Assembly (NCBI GenBank): GCA_951406725.2
Contig: OX597820.1
Span: forward strand, 76,880,001-76,944,000
Length of the DNA stretch: 64,000 nucleotides
DNA from: Octopus vulgaris
Lineage: Eukaryota
Direction of reading: 5' to 3'
The notes under the pieces are model-generated. The model saw only the letters and a program-made list of their open reading frames with translations, did no database searches and was not told the origin of the DNA. Below are positions 52,978-64,000 of this stretch, one piece after another (positions within the stretch are counted from its first letter, which is position 1; the number at the start of each line of letters is the position of its first letter). Both the position numbers and the translations under genes were made by a program.

Positions 52978-53389
52978 TACTCTTTTACTCTTTTACTTGT
53001 TTCAGTCATTTGACTGCGGCCATGCTGGAGCACCACCTTTAATCGAGCTACTCGACTCCGGGACTTATTCTTTGTAAGCCCAGTACTTATTCTATCGGTC
53101 TTTTTGCCGAACCACCAAGTGACGGGGACATAAACACACCAGCATCGGTTGTCAAACAATGCTAGGGGGACAAACACAGACACCCAAACATACATGCACA
53201 CATATACATATATATATACATATATACGACGGGCTTCTTTCAGTTTCCGTCTACCAAATCCACTCACAAGGCTTTGGTCGAACCGAGGCTATAGCAGAAG
53301 ACACTTGCCCAAGGTGCCACGCAGTGGGACTGAACCCGGAACCATGTGGTTGGTAAACAAGCTACTTACCACACAGCCACTCCTGTGCC
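52978..53389 (-). mobile_element. SINE family A copy (full length)
   Basis: Head to tail colinear with 4884-5284. Confidence 0.93.
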
Positions 53390-53940
53390 TATATATATAT
53401 ATATATGTATGGCAATTTTTATGTCTGTTACTATCTTGTTGCCTACATCAGTGAATCAATCTTGATGATACTTTGTATTCATATTAGACTAATATCCAAT
53501 TAAATCATAGGCTAATTGGATTTCAATGAAAAGTTAAAACGGACCCCCTAGGAAAAACACATCTGATATGAATTAAGTAAGGCTTCTGTAAGGCTGAACT
53601 ATGAACTCTTTCATGTAAATAGCGAGCGACGTTGGTGAGAACAACTCAGCTTTCCAAAAGGAAAAATATTTCAGCATGAAGGGCCCGTACGCAGTTCACA
53701 TTAAGGGCACGATAAACCACAGGAATCGCGGATAAGACATGGTACAATGTAATCGCCACTGACCTGGAAGTTGGTTAATCATGAGATTAATTTGATGAAT
53801 TAAATCCAAAACAACATAACATCTTAAACATTTTTATCGCGCAACACGAGGTACAGTCACGCTACGTTAAGCTACGACAACCCCAGCTACAATACGCGGG
53901 CTATTTGACAATGGATTTTTAAATCGTTCTATTTATCTGA

Positions 53941-54390
53941 TTTATTTTACTCAGATGCATATTCGTTTGTTAAAATAATATAGGGACATTCATTATTCAC
54001 CGACTAATCGAATTAATAGTTTGTAATACCTATTTTTAGCAATAAACTATTATCATATACGACGGGTTGGGCATCAAGGCGGGAACTGAACAGGAAAAAT
54101 GATAGGTCATGGAACAGTGTAATGGTAAGCGGAACTGGGAATAAACTCACTTTCCATGTATTAGCGGTCAACTCATTTATTTTATTCAGATGCATATTCG
54201 TTTGTTAAAACAATATAGGGAAACTCCTTATTCCCCCACTTATTGCATTACGAGATTGTAATACCTTTTTTTTTTCAGAATATATTTAATGGCGTAATTA
54301 CATCTAACTCTTTCTAAAATTTATATATTGATATAGGATAGGAATGAGAGCGGAAGTAACACGGGAACTGAACTGGAAATTAGAGAGGCC
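53941..54390. repeat. Diverged tandem duplication, period ~236 bp
   Basis: TTATTTTA.TCAGATGCATATTCGTTTGTTAAAA.AATATAGGGA occurs at 53942 and 54177. Confidence 0.8.
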
Positions 54391-54605
54391 CCCACCTAAA
54401 CGGGGCGCAGGTTCGGCGCAAGTGAGGATGCAAGAAGCAAGAGTGAATGTTGTGGCGAAAGAGTCAACAGAAGTTCGCCATTACCTTCTGCCGGAACCGC
54501 ATGGAGCTTAGGTGTTTCGCTCATAAACACACACATCGCTCGGTCTGAGTTTCGAACCCGCGACCCCTCGACCGCGAGTCCGCTGCGCTAACCACTAGGC
54601 CGTGT
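54390..54605 (-). mobile_element. tRNA-derived SINE (family D), 5' part
   Basis: Minus strand GGCCTAGTGGTTAGCGCAGCGGACTCGCGG...GGTTCGAAACTC, then GTGTTTATGAGCGAAACACCTAAGCTCCA, which is shared with 59664. Confidence 0.8.
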
Positions 54606-54904
54606 TCTTGATCCGTGACCATAAAATAGATTTGCTATATTACCAAGAAAAAATAATGCTCGTGTGCCTCTTATTTAAAAGAAAGTATCAAATTTAAAAG
54701 CTAAAATATTTTCAAATCAGTTTTCATTAAGAAATTCGATTTACTGTCAATAAGAAATTACATTTTGATTGACGTATACTCCATGAAGGCCATTTACGGG
54801 CAATATATTTCTAACTTCTATGAAAATTAAGTGGAAACTATGTTATAAAGACGTAATTTTTTTTCTTTTCATATTATTGAAAAATAAATGAATGAGAATC
54901 AATA

Positions 54905-55108
54905 CTGGTTTCAAATTTTAGCACAAGGCCAGCAATTTCAGTGGAGAGGGAAAATCGATTACATCGATTGATATGCATAATTGGTACTTATTTTATCGAT
55001 GAAAGATACACTCTGCTGCAGCGTGACTGGAACCCTCAACGTAAAGACGGACGAAATGCTTTTTACCCTTTCGCCCGGCATCTTAACGATTCTGACGGCT
55101 CGCGACCA
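54905..55108 (-). mobile_element. SINE family B copy (degenerate)
   Basis: TGGTTTCAAATTTTAGCACAAGGCCAGCAATTTC...GGTACTTATTTTATCGA...TTAACGATTCTG. Confidence 0.7.
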
Positions 55109-56371
55109 TCATAAGAATTAATTATCCATATTTGTGGAAGCATACGCACGATGAAATATGTAAATCCATAATTACACAAGGAGGCTTTCGTCTACATGTA
55201 TATACACAGGAACGTTCCTATATGCGTGCGTAAAGATGGATGTATATAATCTGAATGAATTTTCAGCGTTCAAATTGTAGTCTATAAATAATTTATTAAA
55301 TATCATCAATAGTTTCCATTGGTAGAGAACTCAACATATCCACTTGAAAGGAAACAACGAGGAAATCAATCTTACTACGTTGCTGTAATTATAAAGGAGG
55401 CCTATACAACATATATTATTCAGCGCTTCCGATCTTTCGATGTTTTTATTTTACAATATATGATTTGATTATATTATATAAAATACAGGACGGATTTGAT
55501 AGTGGTCAATCAAACTTTACCCAATTGATTCAGAGGCAACTAATTATGGTACTTATTGTAAAAAGGGAAACTTGTAAAATATCAATAGAGTTTTAGTATT
55601 AATTCGCTCACATGTTCGAGCATGAAATCATGTTTTTCAAAAGATACAGAAAAGATTTCTCATAATCTTATCTTGCAACTGTTGTAAATTCTCCAACGTA
55701 CCTAATTAGATTTATGATTGTACAAGAATAAGAAATACTTCAAGGGATGCAATAAATAACATTTGAACTTTGTAAAGGATTATTCTTTGATCATAACTGA
55801 ATGGAAGAAAAATAAATATTTCCTCGACAAATGAAATGCTTTGAGAATTGTGCGAACCAAATAGAATCCGCAGCTTTATTTCATTTCGCGGGATAACTAG
55901 CGGTCTTGAGTTGCATTGACCCTGCTTGCCTGTGAAACAAAATTTAAGTGTGCAGGTGGAACATTATCCTCCGGGGATTTTCCACTAATCATTATGCTAA
56001 GGACTATATCATATTATATCTATATTTTTCTCTGTGTGAGTGTGTTTGTGTGTGTGTTTATGTGCCTCTAGTAAAGAACACATACTGTGGGTTATGAATA
56101 TCTTATATACAGTATCTTAAATTGTATCTGACACTAACTAAAATTTATTTTCCAAGGGAAATAATACACACACATACACACACATGCACAAACACATACA
56201 TGTATATACATATGTATGTGCGAGTGTGTGTGTCTGTGTGTGTGTTTGTGCAGGTATACTATATATCTATGAAAAAAATTTATAACATTCTTCAGACATA
56301 TTGACTCAAATATATATTTTTTAACCTTTCAAAACAAGCCTTCTATAGTTTTTTCACTTTTTACCATTTTC

Positions 56372-56421
<50 letters not shown>

Positions 56422-56896
56422 AATATATATATATATATCTATATGTATATATATATATATATATATGTGTATGTGTGTGAACTTGTGTGTGTGTGTGAGT
56501 ATACGCGTGTATCTATATGTGTACTTGTGTAGGTAGACTAGTATTTAGAGTTTGCAATCATAATTACAGGATCATAGTTTCGAATTTTTGCCCGGGCAGT
56601 GCGTTACATTCCAAAACAAAACCCTTCCTTTCAAGTTGCTCAGCTGAAAAAATGCCCTTCTGCAACGGATCGGTGTCCCGTTCAGTGGGAATGGCTGTGT
56701 TTACAGTCACTTGTACACTGGAACTGGGTAATCGGCAATATGCGTTCTTCGACTCAAACCGACTTATCTATACGGGTATGTGTGTCTGCGCGCATAAGTG
56801 TGTGTGTATGACCATGTGTGTTTCTGCATACGTATGCGTTTATACATCGAACCACCCTTTCTTTCCTATGCTTCTCTCTCTCCCCCTTCTCTCTCA

Positions 56897-56927
<31 letters not shown>

Positions 56928-56944
56928 TGGAGCGTTTACGATTA

Positions 56945-57705
56945 AAACAATAGACGAAGACAGGTGGTGTACAGCACAAACAGATGTATAAGTATAACGC
57001 TCAGGAATAGAAAAGTATTTTACGTTTCGAGCCTACCTCTTCTACAGAAAGGGGCACAGAAAAAACAAGGAGAGAAAAAAATGTGTGTAGTGGCTAACGA
57101 TCTATCATGGCGACTGACTCGTACAGAAGAGTCACACAAGAGAGGGGAAAGTAGGGGAGATAACAAAGTAAAGATGCCCCCCAACACGAAGGTGCATGTG
57201 TGTATAAGAGAGTATTTATGTGCGTGTGACAGAGGGCTGGTGGTCTGGATGTGTGCATGTATGTGTCGGTGTGAAAATGTGGGAATGGGTGTGTGGGTGG
57301 TGTGTTGTGATATGATGTGTAATGTTGTATGGTGTAGTGTGGTGTGGTGTGATGTTGGTGGGAGGTGGGAGAGGCGAGAGTGGGGAAAGTTGAGGGTTGG
57401 GGTAGAGTTGGGGTTTGTGGGTGGGCAGAGGGTTGGGGTAGAGGTGGGGCATGTGGGAGAGGGTGTGTGGGATAGGATGGAGGATGGGATGGGATGGAGA
57501 GGATGTGAAGGATAGGGAAGGTGGAGTAGGAATGTGTAGGGGTGGGTGGGCTTATGGGGGAGGGGAAGGTGGGTATGTGAGGATAGAGAGGAGGAGAGAA
57601 GAGAGAAAGAGAGGGTGAAAGAGTAAGAGAGAAAGAGGGACGGAGAGAAGAGGGAAAGAGGGGAGAGAAAGAGAGTAGGGGTGAAGAGGAGTAGGAGTGA
57701 TGAGA
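56945..57705 (-). mobile_element. Penelope-type terminal region: C-rich low-complexity tract followed by a hammerhead-like motif
   Basis: 56960-57113 is homologous to 36930-37090; hammerhead-like motif at 57018-57050; G/purine-rich block at 57230-57705 on the plus strand. Confidence 0.55.
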
Positions 57706-58854
57706 AGTATATATATATATATATATATATATACAGATGTGTGTGTGTTTGTGTGTGCGTGTGTTTGTGTGTGACGTAGTCTAAGATCGTCTAGGCTAAA
57801 TTTTGTAACACCCAAGCGGAATTGATTTAAATACAAAAAAAAAAAAGACTTCGCTCTTGTAATTCATTTTTGGCGATGTTACTAACTTTAATGATCACTT
57901 CAGAGCTTGCAAAATACACTATAAAACAAACGTTGATTGATGTTCAGTTTACAAATATATGGATTACACGTAATTATGCAGATCTTTGGATGCATATGTG
58001 TATGGTTTTAGTTTAACAATATGTGCATGTTGGTACAAATGTATTGGCGTTTGCGTTCGATGTGTATTGATACGTGTGTCTTTACGTCGGTTATAGAAAA
58101 AAAACCAATGCGAGTAAATTAATGCAGTGCTTTTTCGTTTTTTCTTCTGGATGAATATTTAATTACTATCGACCATGACTGTAGTTGAGTCTTATTTACA
58201 TACACACACAGACTGACACACACGAAGTCTCTCACTTGTCAACACACACACACACCTCTCTCTCTCTCTCTCTCTGTATATATATATATATATATATCAA
58301 TACATGATATTATATATATATATATATACATATATATTTAACGTACGATGAAAGTAAACAAATTTGCTTTAAAAGCGTTGTTGAGATGTATTGAAAGATA
58401 CAGAAACAATTTATTCTCGAACGCACGTTAATGCCAATACAATAGCATAAACAGCATAAGCTATCCATATATTGCAGAAAAATTCGTTACGGCCAGCTCT
58501 GAAACTCGAACTCACATCCCTGTTATTACGCATCAAATTCTTTACTTTTAAACTAAACAGCCCAGTAACGATTTCTGAATTGAATTTAACGTTAGCGTCT
58601 TATAAAGCTAGATTTTTAAATCCTAAAATTGCAGAAAAACTCGTTATTGGGCAGTTTAGCTTAAAGCTAAAGCATTTGACGCATTTGACGCAGGGATGCG
58701 AGTTCAAGTTTTATGGCTGGCCTGTAAGGAAGTTTTCTGCAATATATGGATAGTTTATCCTGTACATGCTATTTTATTCGCATTATCATGCGTTTGAGAA
58801 TAAATTATTTGCGTATCGTTATATATATATATATATATATATAATAAAGTTCAT

Positions 58855-59075
58855 TTGCCAACATAAGGTGGCAGTCCTCCATAGGACTATGTGCGTTACT
58901 ACGTTTTAACCCCAGGAAAACATCTTTTCCATCTGTTTTATCGACAAATGGTCTGTGTCCGAGATATACTGTATGTAATGTGTCTTTGTGATCCCTTCTA
59001 GCCGTTGGCTGTACCAGGAGACCAATGTTTCTAGGAAGAAGAGAAATTACGTAGAAGCCATTGGTGTGCTGGTAC
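58855..59075 (-). mobile_element. Copy of the hammerhead-associated repeat, directly upstream of the GIY-YIG relic
   Basis: CAGGAAAACATCTTTTCCA.CTG...TATCGACA is shared with 37847-37879. The minus strand has a GAAA-CATTG-GTC half-hammerhead near 59020-59031. Confidence 0.65.
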
Positions 59076-59109
59076 TGCTGACTGCAGTATCAGCAAACCA
59101 ATCATTCAA

Positions 59110-59483
59110 TTTATCTAGATACAATGATAGCCGATGTGTCATATGCCAATTCATGCATTCCGGCCAATATAGGAACGCAAAAAATCGAAAAAATATTCAC
59201 AAACACAAATATGAACTGCAAAAGTAGAAATTTAATTTACTGCATCAAATGCCCGAATTGTGAAGAACTATATGTAAGTCATGCTGGAAATGCACGTGTG
59301 CAGCGACAGCAAATTAGAAAACCAGATATCCGTCAGATAACATTGAGCAACAATCTAGCAACCTGTAGTCGGAAAATATTTATATTTCAAATCTACAAAT
59401 TATACAGTCCAAGTGAAATAGAGAGAAAAATTAGAGAAAATAATTTTATTGATAAATTCCAACCCAAGTTAAATAAACAATAA
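59110..59483 (+). pseudogene. Penelope-like element GIY-YIG endonuclease relic
   Basis: RCVIC (frameshifted), then NCKSRNLIYCIKCPNCEELYV...ERKIRENNFIDKFQPKLN, typical of PLE GIY-YIG domains. Confidence 0.85.
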
Positions 59484-59659
59484 CAATGATACTCAGAGGG
59501 ACTATTTCTACTGCTACGCCCACTACCACTAACAACAACAACGACAGTATTGAAGGTTGACAAGACGATGATAGCAGGAAAATAGTAGCTAAGTCAAGGG
59601 AAAAGTCAGTAAAAATAATTTTATTTAGTGTTTAAAGTTCTCTTATCACAGCTACTCCA

Positions 59660-59880
59660 TTCAGTGTTTATTGAGCGAAAACACCTACAGCTCCACGATG
59701 CTCCGGCAGGGTGTGGTGGCGAGCCCTGCTGTACTCTTTGGCAACAAATTTCTCTCACTCTTTTTTCTGTTGGCCAGCTCGCTTAGGGATGGCGTCATTT
59801 GAAGGCTAAAACTATGCGAAGCGCATTGTGACCAGCGATGTGTAGCAACATCTGATAGCCTGGTCGGTCACGGTGACCAC
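59660..59880 (+). mobile_element. SINE family D, 3' part
   Basis: Homologous to 54430-54535 (inverted), plus tail GCGCATTGTGACCAGCGATGTG...GGTCACGGTGA. Confidence 0.7.
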
Positions 59881-59896
59881 ATTGATATACAAGTAC

Positions 59897-59939
<43 letters not shown>

Positions 59940-60494
59940 AATGATATTAGACTTAGTCTTTCATTCTTTGGACATTCGACCTATATCTTTAATATCTTGA
60001 GTTATTGATTACTAGGAAGAGAGAGAGAATAGGAGATCATGATAGATGATGTTCCTACGAGTTCAGAGTTATCCAAAACTTGATGGAACAATTTTATCAT
60101 TAACTCAAGAGGGCAGACACATTAATATCACAGTACACCGTAGACACGGAAGTGTGCCTCCAGCTCCCCTAATAACATCAGAACAGACGCTGATTATTAA
60201 TAGGCACAAGACAATGGAGACAGCAAAACCATATCTTATCTTATGTTTAATCTGTCTTTTCTGTATTCATTTCTTCATTTTCTCCTTTATATTTTATTCT
60301 CTTCGTCTTATATATGGACCGAGTAACTGATATTTGTGGTAAAGTATTTATTTGTTTATTGCTTTAAATATGACATGCAAAATGTCATGCAAATGAAGTG
60401 ATAAGGACAACATCACCGAAGAGTATACAAGTTCATACAGCAAATTGATTTTATGCATAAGCATGGAGACTGGATAATGTTGATGTATTAAAGT

Positions 60495-60690
60495 AAACCG
60501 ATGTAGAAATAGGTGCCGTGAGAGGCCCCGCAACTGGTGGCTGGACATGATTAATGAAGACCTCAAGATGCTCGATGTCATCTTAGAGGATGCAGAGGGG
60601 ATGCAGAGATCTTGCGCGCAACCGACAAAGATGGGGAGCACTGATGGACCTGGTCGGCTCTAAGCACGATGACGCCTCTGGTTTACAGTA
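60495..60690 (+). mobile_element. RTE-type LINE 3'-end relic
   Basis: RCRERPRNWWLDMINEDLKML...DLARNRQRW matches the RGRP..W.D....D...A.DR..W pattern. Confidence 0.65.
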
Positions 60691-61189
60691 ATACTTCTTT
60701 TTTTTTTATAAAACAAACATATCGAATATGAAAACACTGAGAAATTACAATAGGATTAACATAATTATAGTTTTATAGTTCCTTTGTATCATTTCAATTA
60801 TGAATGTAATTAATGCCAAAATTTAAAATTCCACACACTCACACGCACGCACACACACATCTACAATATAATCAGAAGTTAAAGATGGACTGAACGCATG
60901 TGACTTGCTGATTAAATGAGGGAGCCAGATGCATCATAGACAGTTTCTTCTAATTAGAGATGTCACAGCTCTGAGGTGACTAACAGGAATGTAACTGAAA
61001 TACATGTGAAATATTCTGTGTTGTGCTGGACCAAGAGCACCGAAACGTGCCTTAAATTTTATTATATCTCACAAATTAGACGTATATTTGAGGCTTTGGC
61101 TACCTCACTATAAGAATTACAATGATTTATCTAAAGCTGAGATGCCCATGACAAGAAAGCTTTTATTATAGGTTAGCACTTTAACTGGC

Positions 61190-61369
61190 TACGAGCGGGT
61201 GCTGAAATATATCTGGCTTGGGGTAAAATAAAATACAGGATGATCAGATAATTTACTGCAGCAGTCCTTCAGTTTTCCTAAACTCTCTAACAGAACTCAG
61301 AAGGTTGGGCCTCCAACCAGGCCTTTTCCAATGCCCTTAATGCAAGTAACATTTCAACACCCACTCGTA
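61190..61369. mobile_element. mariner-derived MITE
   Basis: TACGAGCGGGTGCTGAAA ... TTTCAACACCCACTCGTA imperfect TIRs with TA at both ends. Confidence 0.75.
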
Positions 61370-62858
61370 CATATGGTGAAGTGTTTGTGAACGTGGCTTT
61401 TGTAGAATCATCAGAAACGGTTTAATTAAAGTCAATCATGGTTTGGCTTGAACTGATGTAAATCAAAAATAACTTTAATGGATGGATTCTAGAGAAGCCA
61501 AAATTCCGAAAATGATTAACAGAGGTATTGTTTGATGTGCTACTAAAGCGTGGGCACAACAGGATTAACAAAGAAGTGGGTGCAGGAAAGTCAATTAACT
61601 GCTTTGTGATTGAGTGAATGCGATATGACAACTGAGGGCATTGAGAAGAAACGCATTTGTAGTAGCAGTAATCAGAGAAGAGAGGGCAGGTCTGTTGGAT
61701 ATAGGTTGATGCTGGGAAGCGATTTCCCGCCAAAGGGTTGAGGGATTGCGATATTGTCATAGTGTCACTCAAAGGCCGTCTGGTTAAATAGCAAATGTTT
61801 GTGTGCATACAATGTTTTAAAAGTTAAATACTTCATTGTATCTGCTTAACAATTGATATTTATTTTCTGCTATTTAATGAAACAACTACAATGGCATCTA
61901 TGCTATAAGATATATAAAGCAAGTTTGAGTCGATGACTTTTAAATAGCTTCTGCGTCGCACAAATCGCAAAATGGCTGTATTAATAAAAGACTCGCGAGA
62001 CGGCTTCTGTGGTCTTGAATGTCTTTATCATAATAAAGAATAAAACAATGTAGTTACGGCTGGAATGACTATGTTCACAGGTATTATCATCATAGTTTTA
62101 TCAGGAGACTGACATAAGCAATTCAAACGCAACAGACAGAGACTGAATTAATTAAAGCTGTTATCCCCAGAAATAAGTCTTCAATTTGTTGTGTCTGGAG
62201 AGAGTCATTTTCTTGTTGTACCTTATAATTTAACACACTCGCCGGTAAAGTTTCACTTATTTCTTATTTTTATTTTCCTAAAATGTTCGTTGCGTCTTGC
62301 AACATTTTCAATAGTCTTGACTCTATCCGTTATTTACACTGCGTTCCATTGTGTTTGTTTCTGCAATTGCGTGTGGGTCAGTGTGCGTGTGTGTGTGTGC
62401 CTATGCATGCATGCATGTACGTATGTATGTATGTATGTATGTATGTATGTATGTATGTATGTATGTATGTATGCATGTCTGTATGTATGTATGCATATGT
62501 GTGTATGTATAAATGTGTGTATGCATATGTATATATGTGTGTGTGTGAGCATATGTTTATATATGCATGCACATATGAGTCGTGTGGAATAAAGTGTGTG
62601 TGTATATATATGGTCATGTGTTTCAGTTTCCATTTGCGTATGTGTGCTGGTCTGTTCTTATAACCTATGTACATATCCGTTTGTATGTTGATCTGTTTAT
62701 TTTCATATCCATATTCTTACATATAAACAAAATATATATATATATGTGCATACACAGACACGCACATCCACACGCACACACATATACATCTATCTACATA
62801 ACAGTCCCTTAATTATTCTACTCTACCTGTGTAAACTGTGGGTATAGAGGTATGATAT

Positions 62859-63827
62859 CTACAATGTATATTTCCTATTTAGCATTGGGGAAGTTTCATT
62901 TATAAGGGCGTACTCCCGTATTTGCCTGACTGTTGGGTCTTTTGGGTGCTTGGATAAGATGCGGATGTCAAGTTGACCCAAGTTGCTTCCATCGTGGTTT
63001 TTGGCATGTTGGTAGAGTATGGATCATTGTTTTTTGTCGTCACATTGTCTCAGATGTTCATTTAGTCGTTCTGCAATTCTCCTAGATGTCTCCTCTATTT
63101 ATGTCATGTTCATGTCTTTAAAAGCACATTCTATGCATCTTATGCTGTAAACTACATTTCGAGTTTTACAGTTAATGCCAGGGCTAATCCTACATGTCAT
63201 GAATTTATCATTGGTATATATGGTATTTTGATAGGGCTTCGCTAGCTTTTCAACAATCTAAATTTTGAGTTTGGTCTCCTTCAGAGCTTTTCTAAATCTA
63301 CGGGTTAGTTCTCCATGGGCTGTGGCATCTACAACATCATTCCTTGATATTTGGCAGTTTTATAACACGTGTTTACCCTCTTTGCTTTGTCACAAGTTCT
63401 TTGTATCCTATTCCATTATTTGTTTTTAGGGCAGGTACCACTGATATCATTAAGTATAATGTCTAATTTCTTTCTAGCCTTCCTGTATACTCAAACCCTA
63501 TCATTCTGATCATATCCAGAGAACTGCATGCGGTGCATGAAGTTCTGTATATGTGTTTTCATTTCATAGGCTTCGCATAGCGGGGACACAACGGGGAGAC
63601 ATTGTTCATTATTCTATCTAAGTCTGCTATCAGTACGTTAGTTTCATGTTGTTTGACAAAGCTGAGCTCTACTGAACAACATATTTTGAAGATATGGGTT
63701 TCACGTAATAGGTGTGGAAGAGCTGCACTCTAGTATCAAGTGCAGGGAGTCTATTGTTGGGGTGCTTAGTGGTGTAATCTATAGTTATCTCGATACTTTG
63801 GTGGATGGATTTAGCTATTTGCTGGAT
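62859..63827 (-). pseudogene. Penelope-like element relic (RT C-terminus plus GIY-YIG), 5' end abutting a SINE
   Basis: The minus strand gives IAKSIHQSIEITIDY...NNRLPALD, YYVKPISSKYVV, INCKTRNVVYSIRCIEC, ETSRRIAERLNEH and DPTVRQIRE...PMLNRK, with stops and frameshifts. Confidence 0.85.
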
Positions 63828-64000
63828 GCGATGAGCTGGCAGAAACGTTAGCGAGCCGGGCGAAATGCTTAGTGGTATTTCGTCTGTCGTTATGTGCTGA
63901 GTTCATATTCCGCCGAGGTCGACTTTGCCTTTCATCATTTCGGGGTTGATAAATAAAGTACCAGTTTCGCACTGGGCTCGATGTAATCGACTCAATCCGT
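63828..64000 (+). mobile_element. SINE family B copy (runs off the window)
   Basis: GAGCTGGCAGAAACGTTAGC...GAGGTCGACTTTGCCTTTCATC...GATAAATAAAGTACCAG. Confidence 0.9.

Noticed and set aside
61422-61808. 128-aa ORF as a host gene
   Set aside because: No recognisable domain or splice signals; probably a decayed LINE fragment, but unsupported.

Overview
This is AT-rich eukaryotic (animal) DNA, very dense in microsatellites and mostly intronic or intergenic. The SINE families and repeat landscape resemble an octopod cephalopod; that is my recognition, not a database result. Nearly all ORFs in the track are microsatellite artefacts. Supported content: one candidate host exon (minus strand, 6748-6887); about 20 copies from several tRNA-derived SINE families; a 5'-truncated but frameshift-free R4/Dong-type LINE inside an (AAT)n tract, plus three older relics; RTE and Penelope (GIY-YIG) relics; mariner relics and MITEs; and a non-autonomous Helitron. 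Main findings: (1) a family of self-complementary, Penelope/retrozyme-like repeats carrying minimal type I hammerhead ribozymes, with complete catalytic cores at 37944-37988 (minus) and 46395-46437 and several decayed copies; (2) a U6 snRNA fragment fused to a SINE/LINE tail, flanked by a target-site duplication; (3) a tRNA-headed, hammerhead-tailed element whose internal (AAT)n tract received the Dong LINE; (4) a ~5.4 kb relic palindrome whose right arm preserves the empty sites for both insertions. All alignments and folds were done by eye, so repeat boundaries are approximate.
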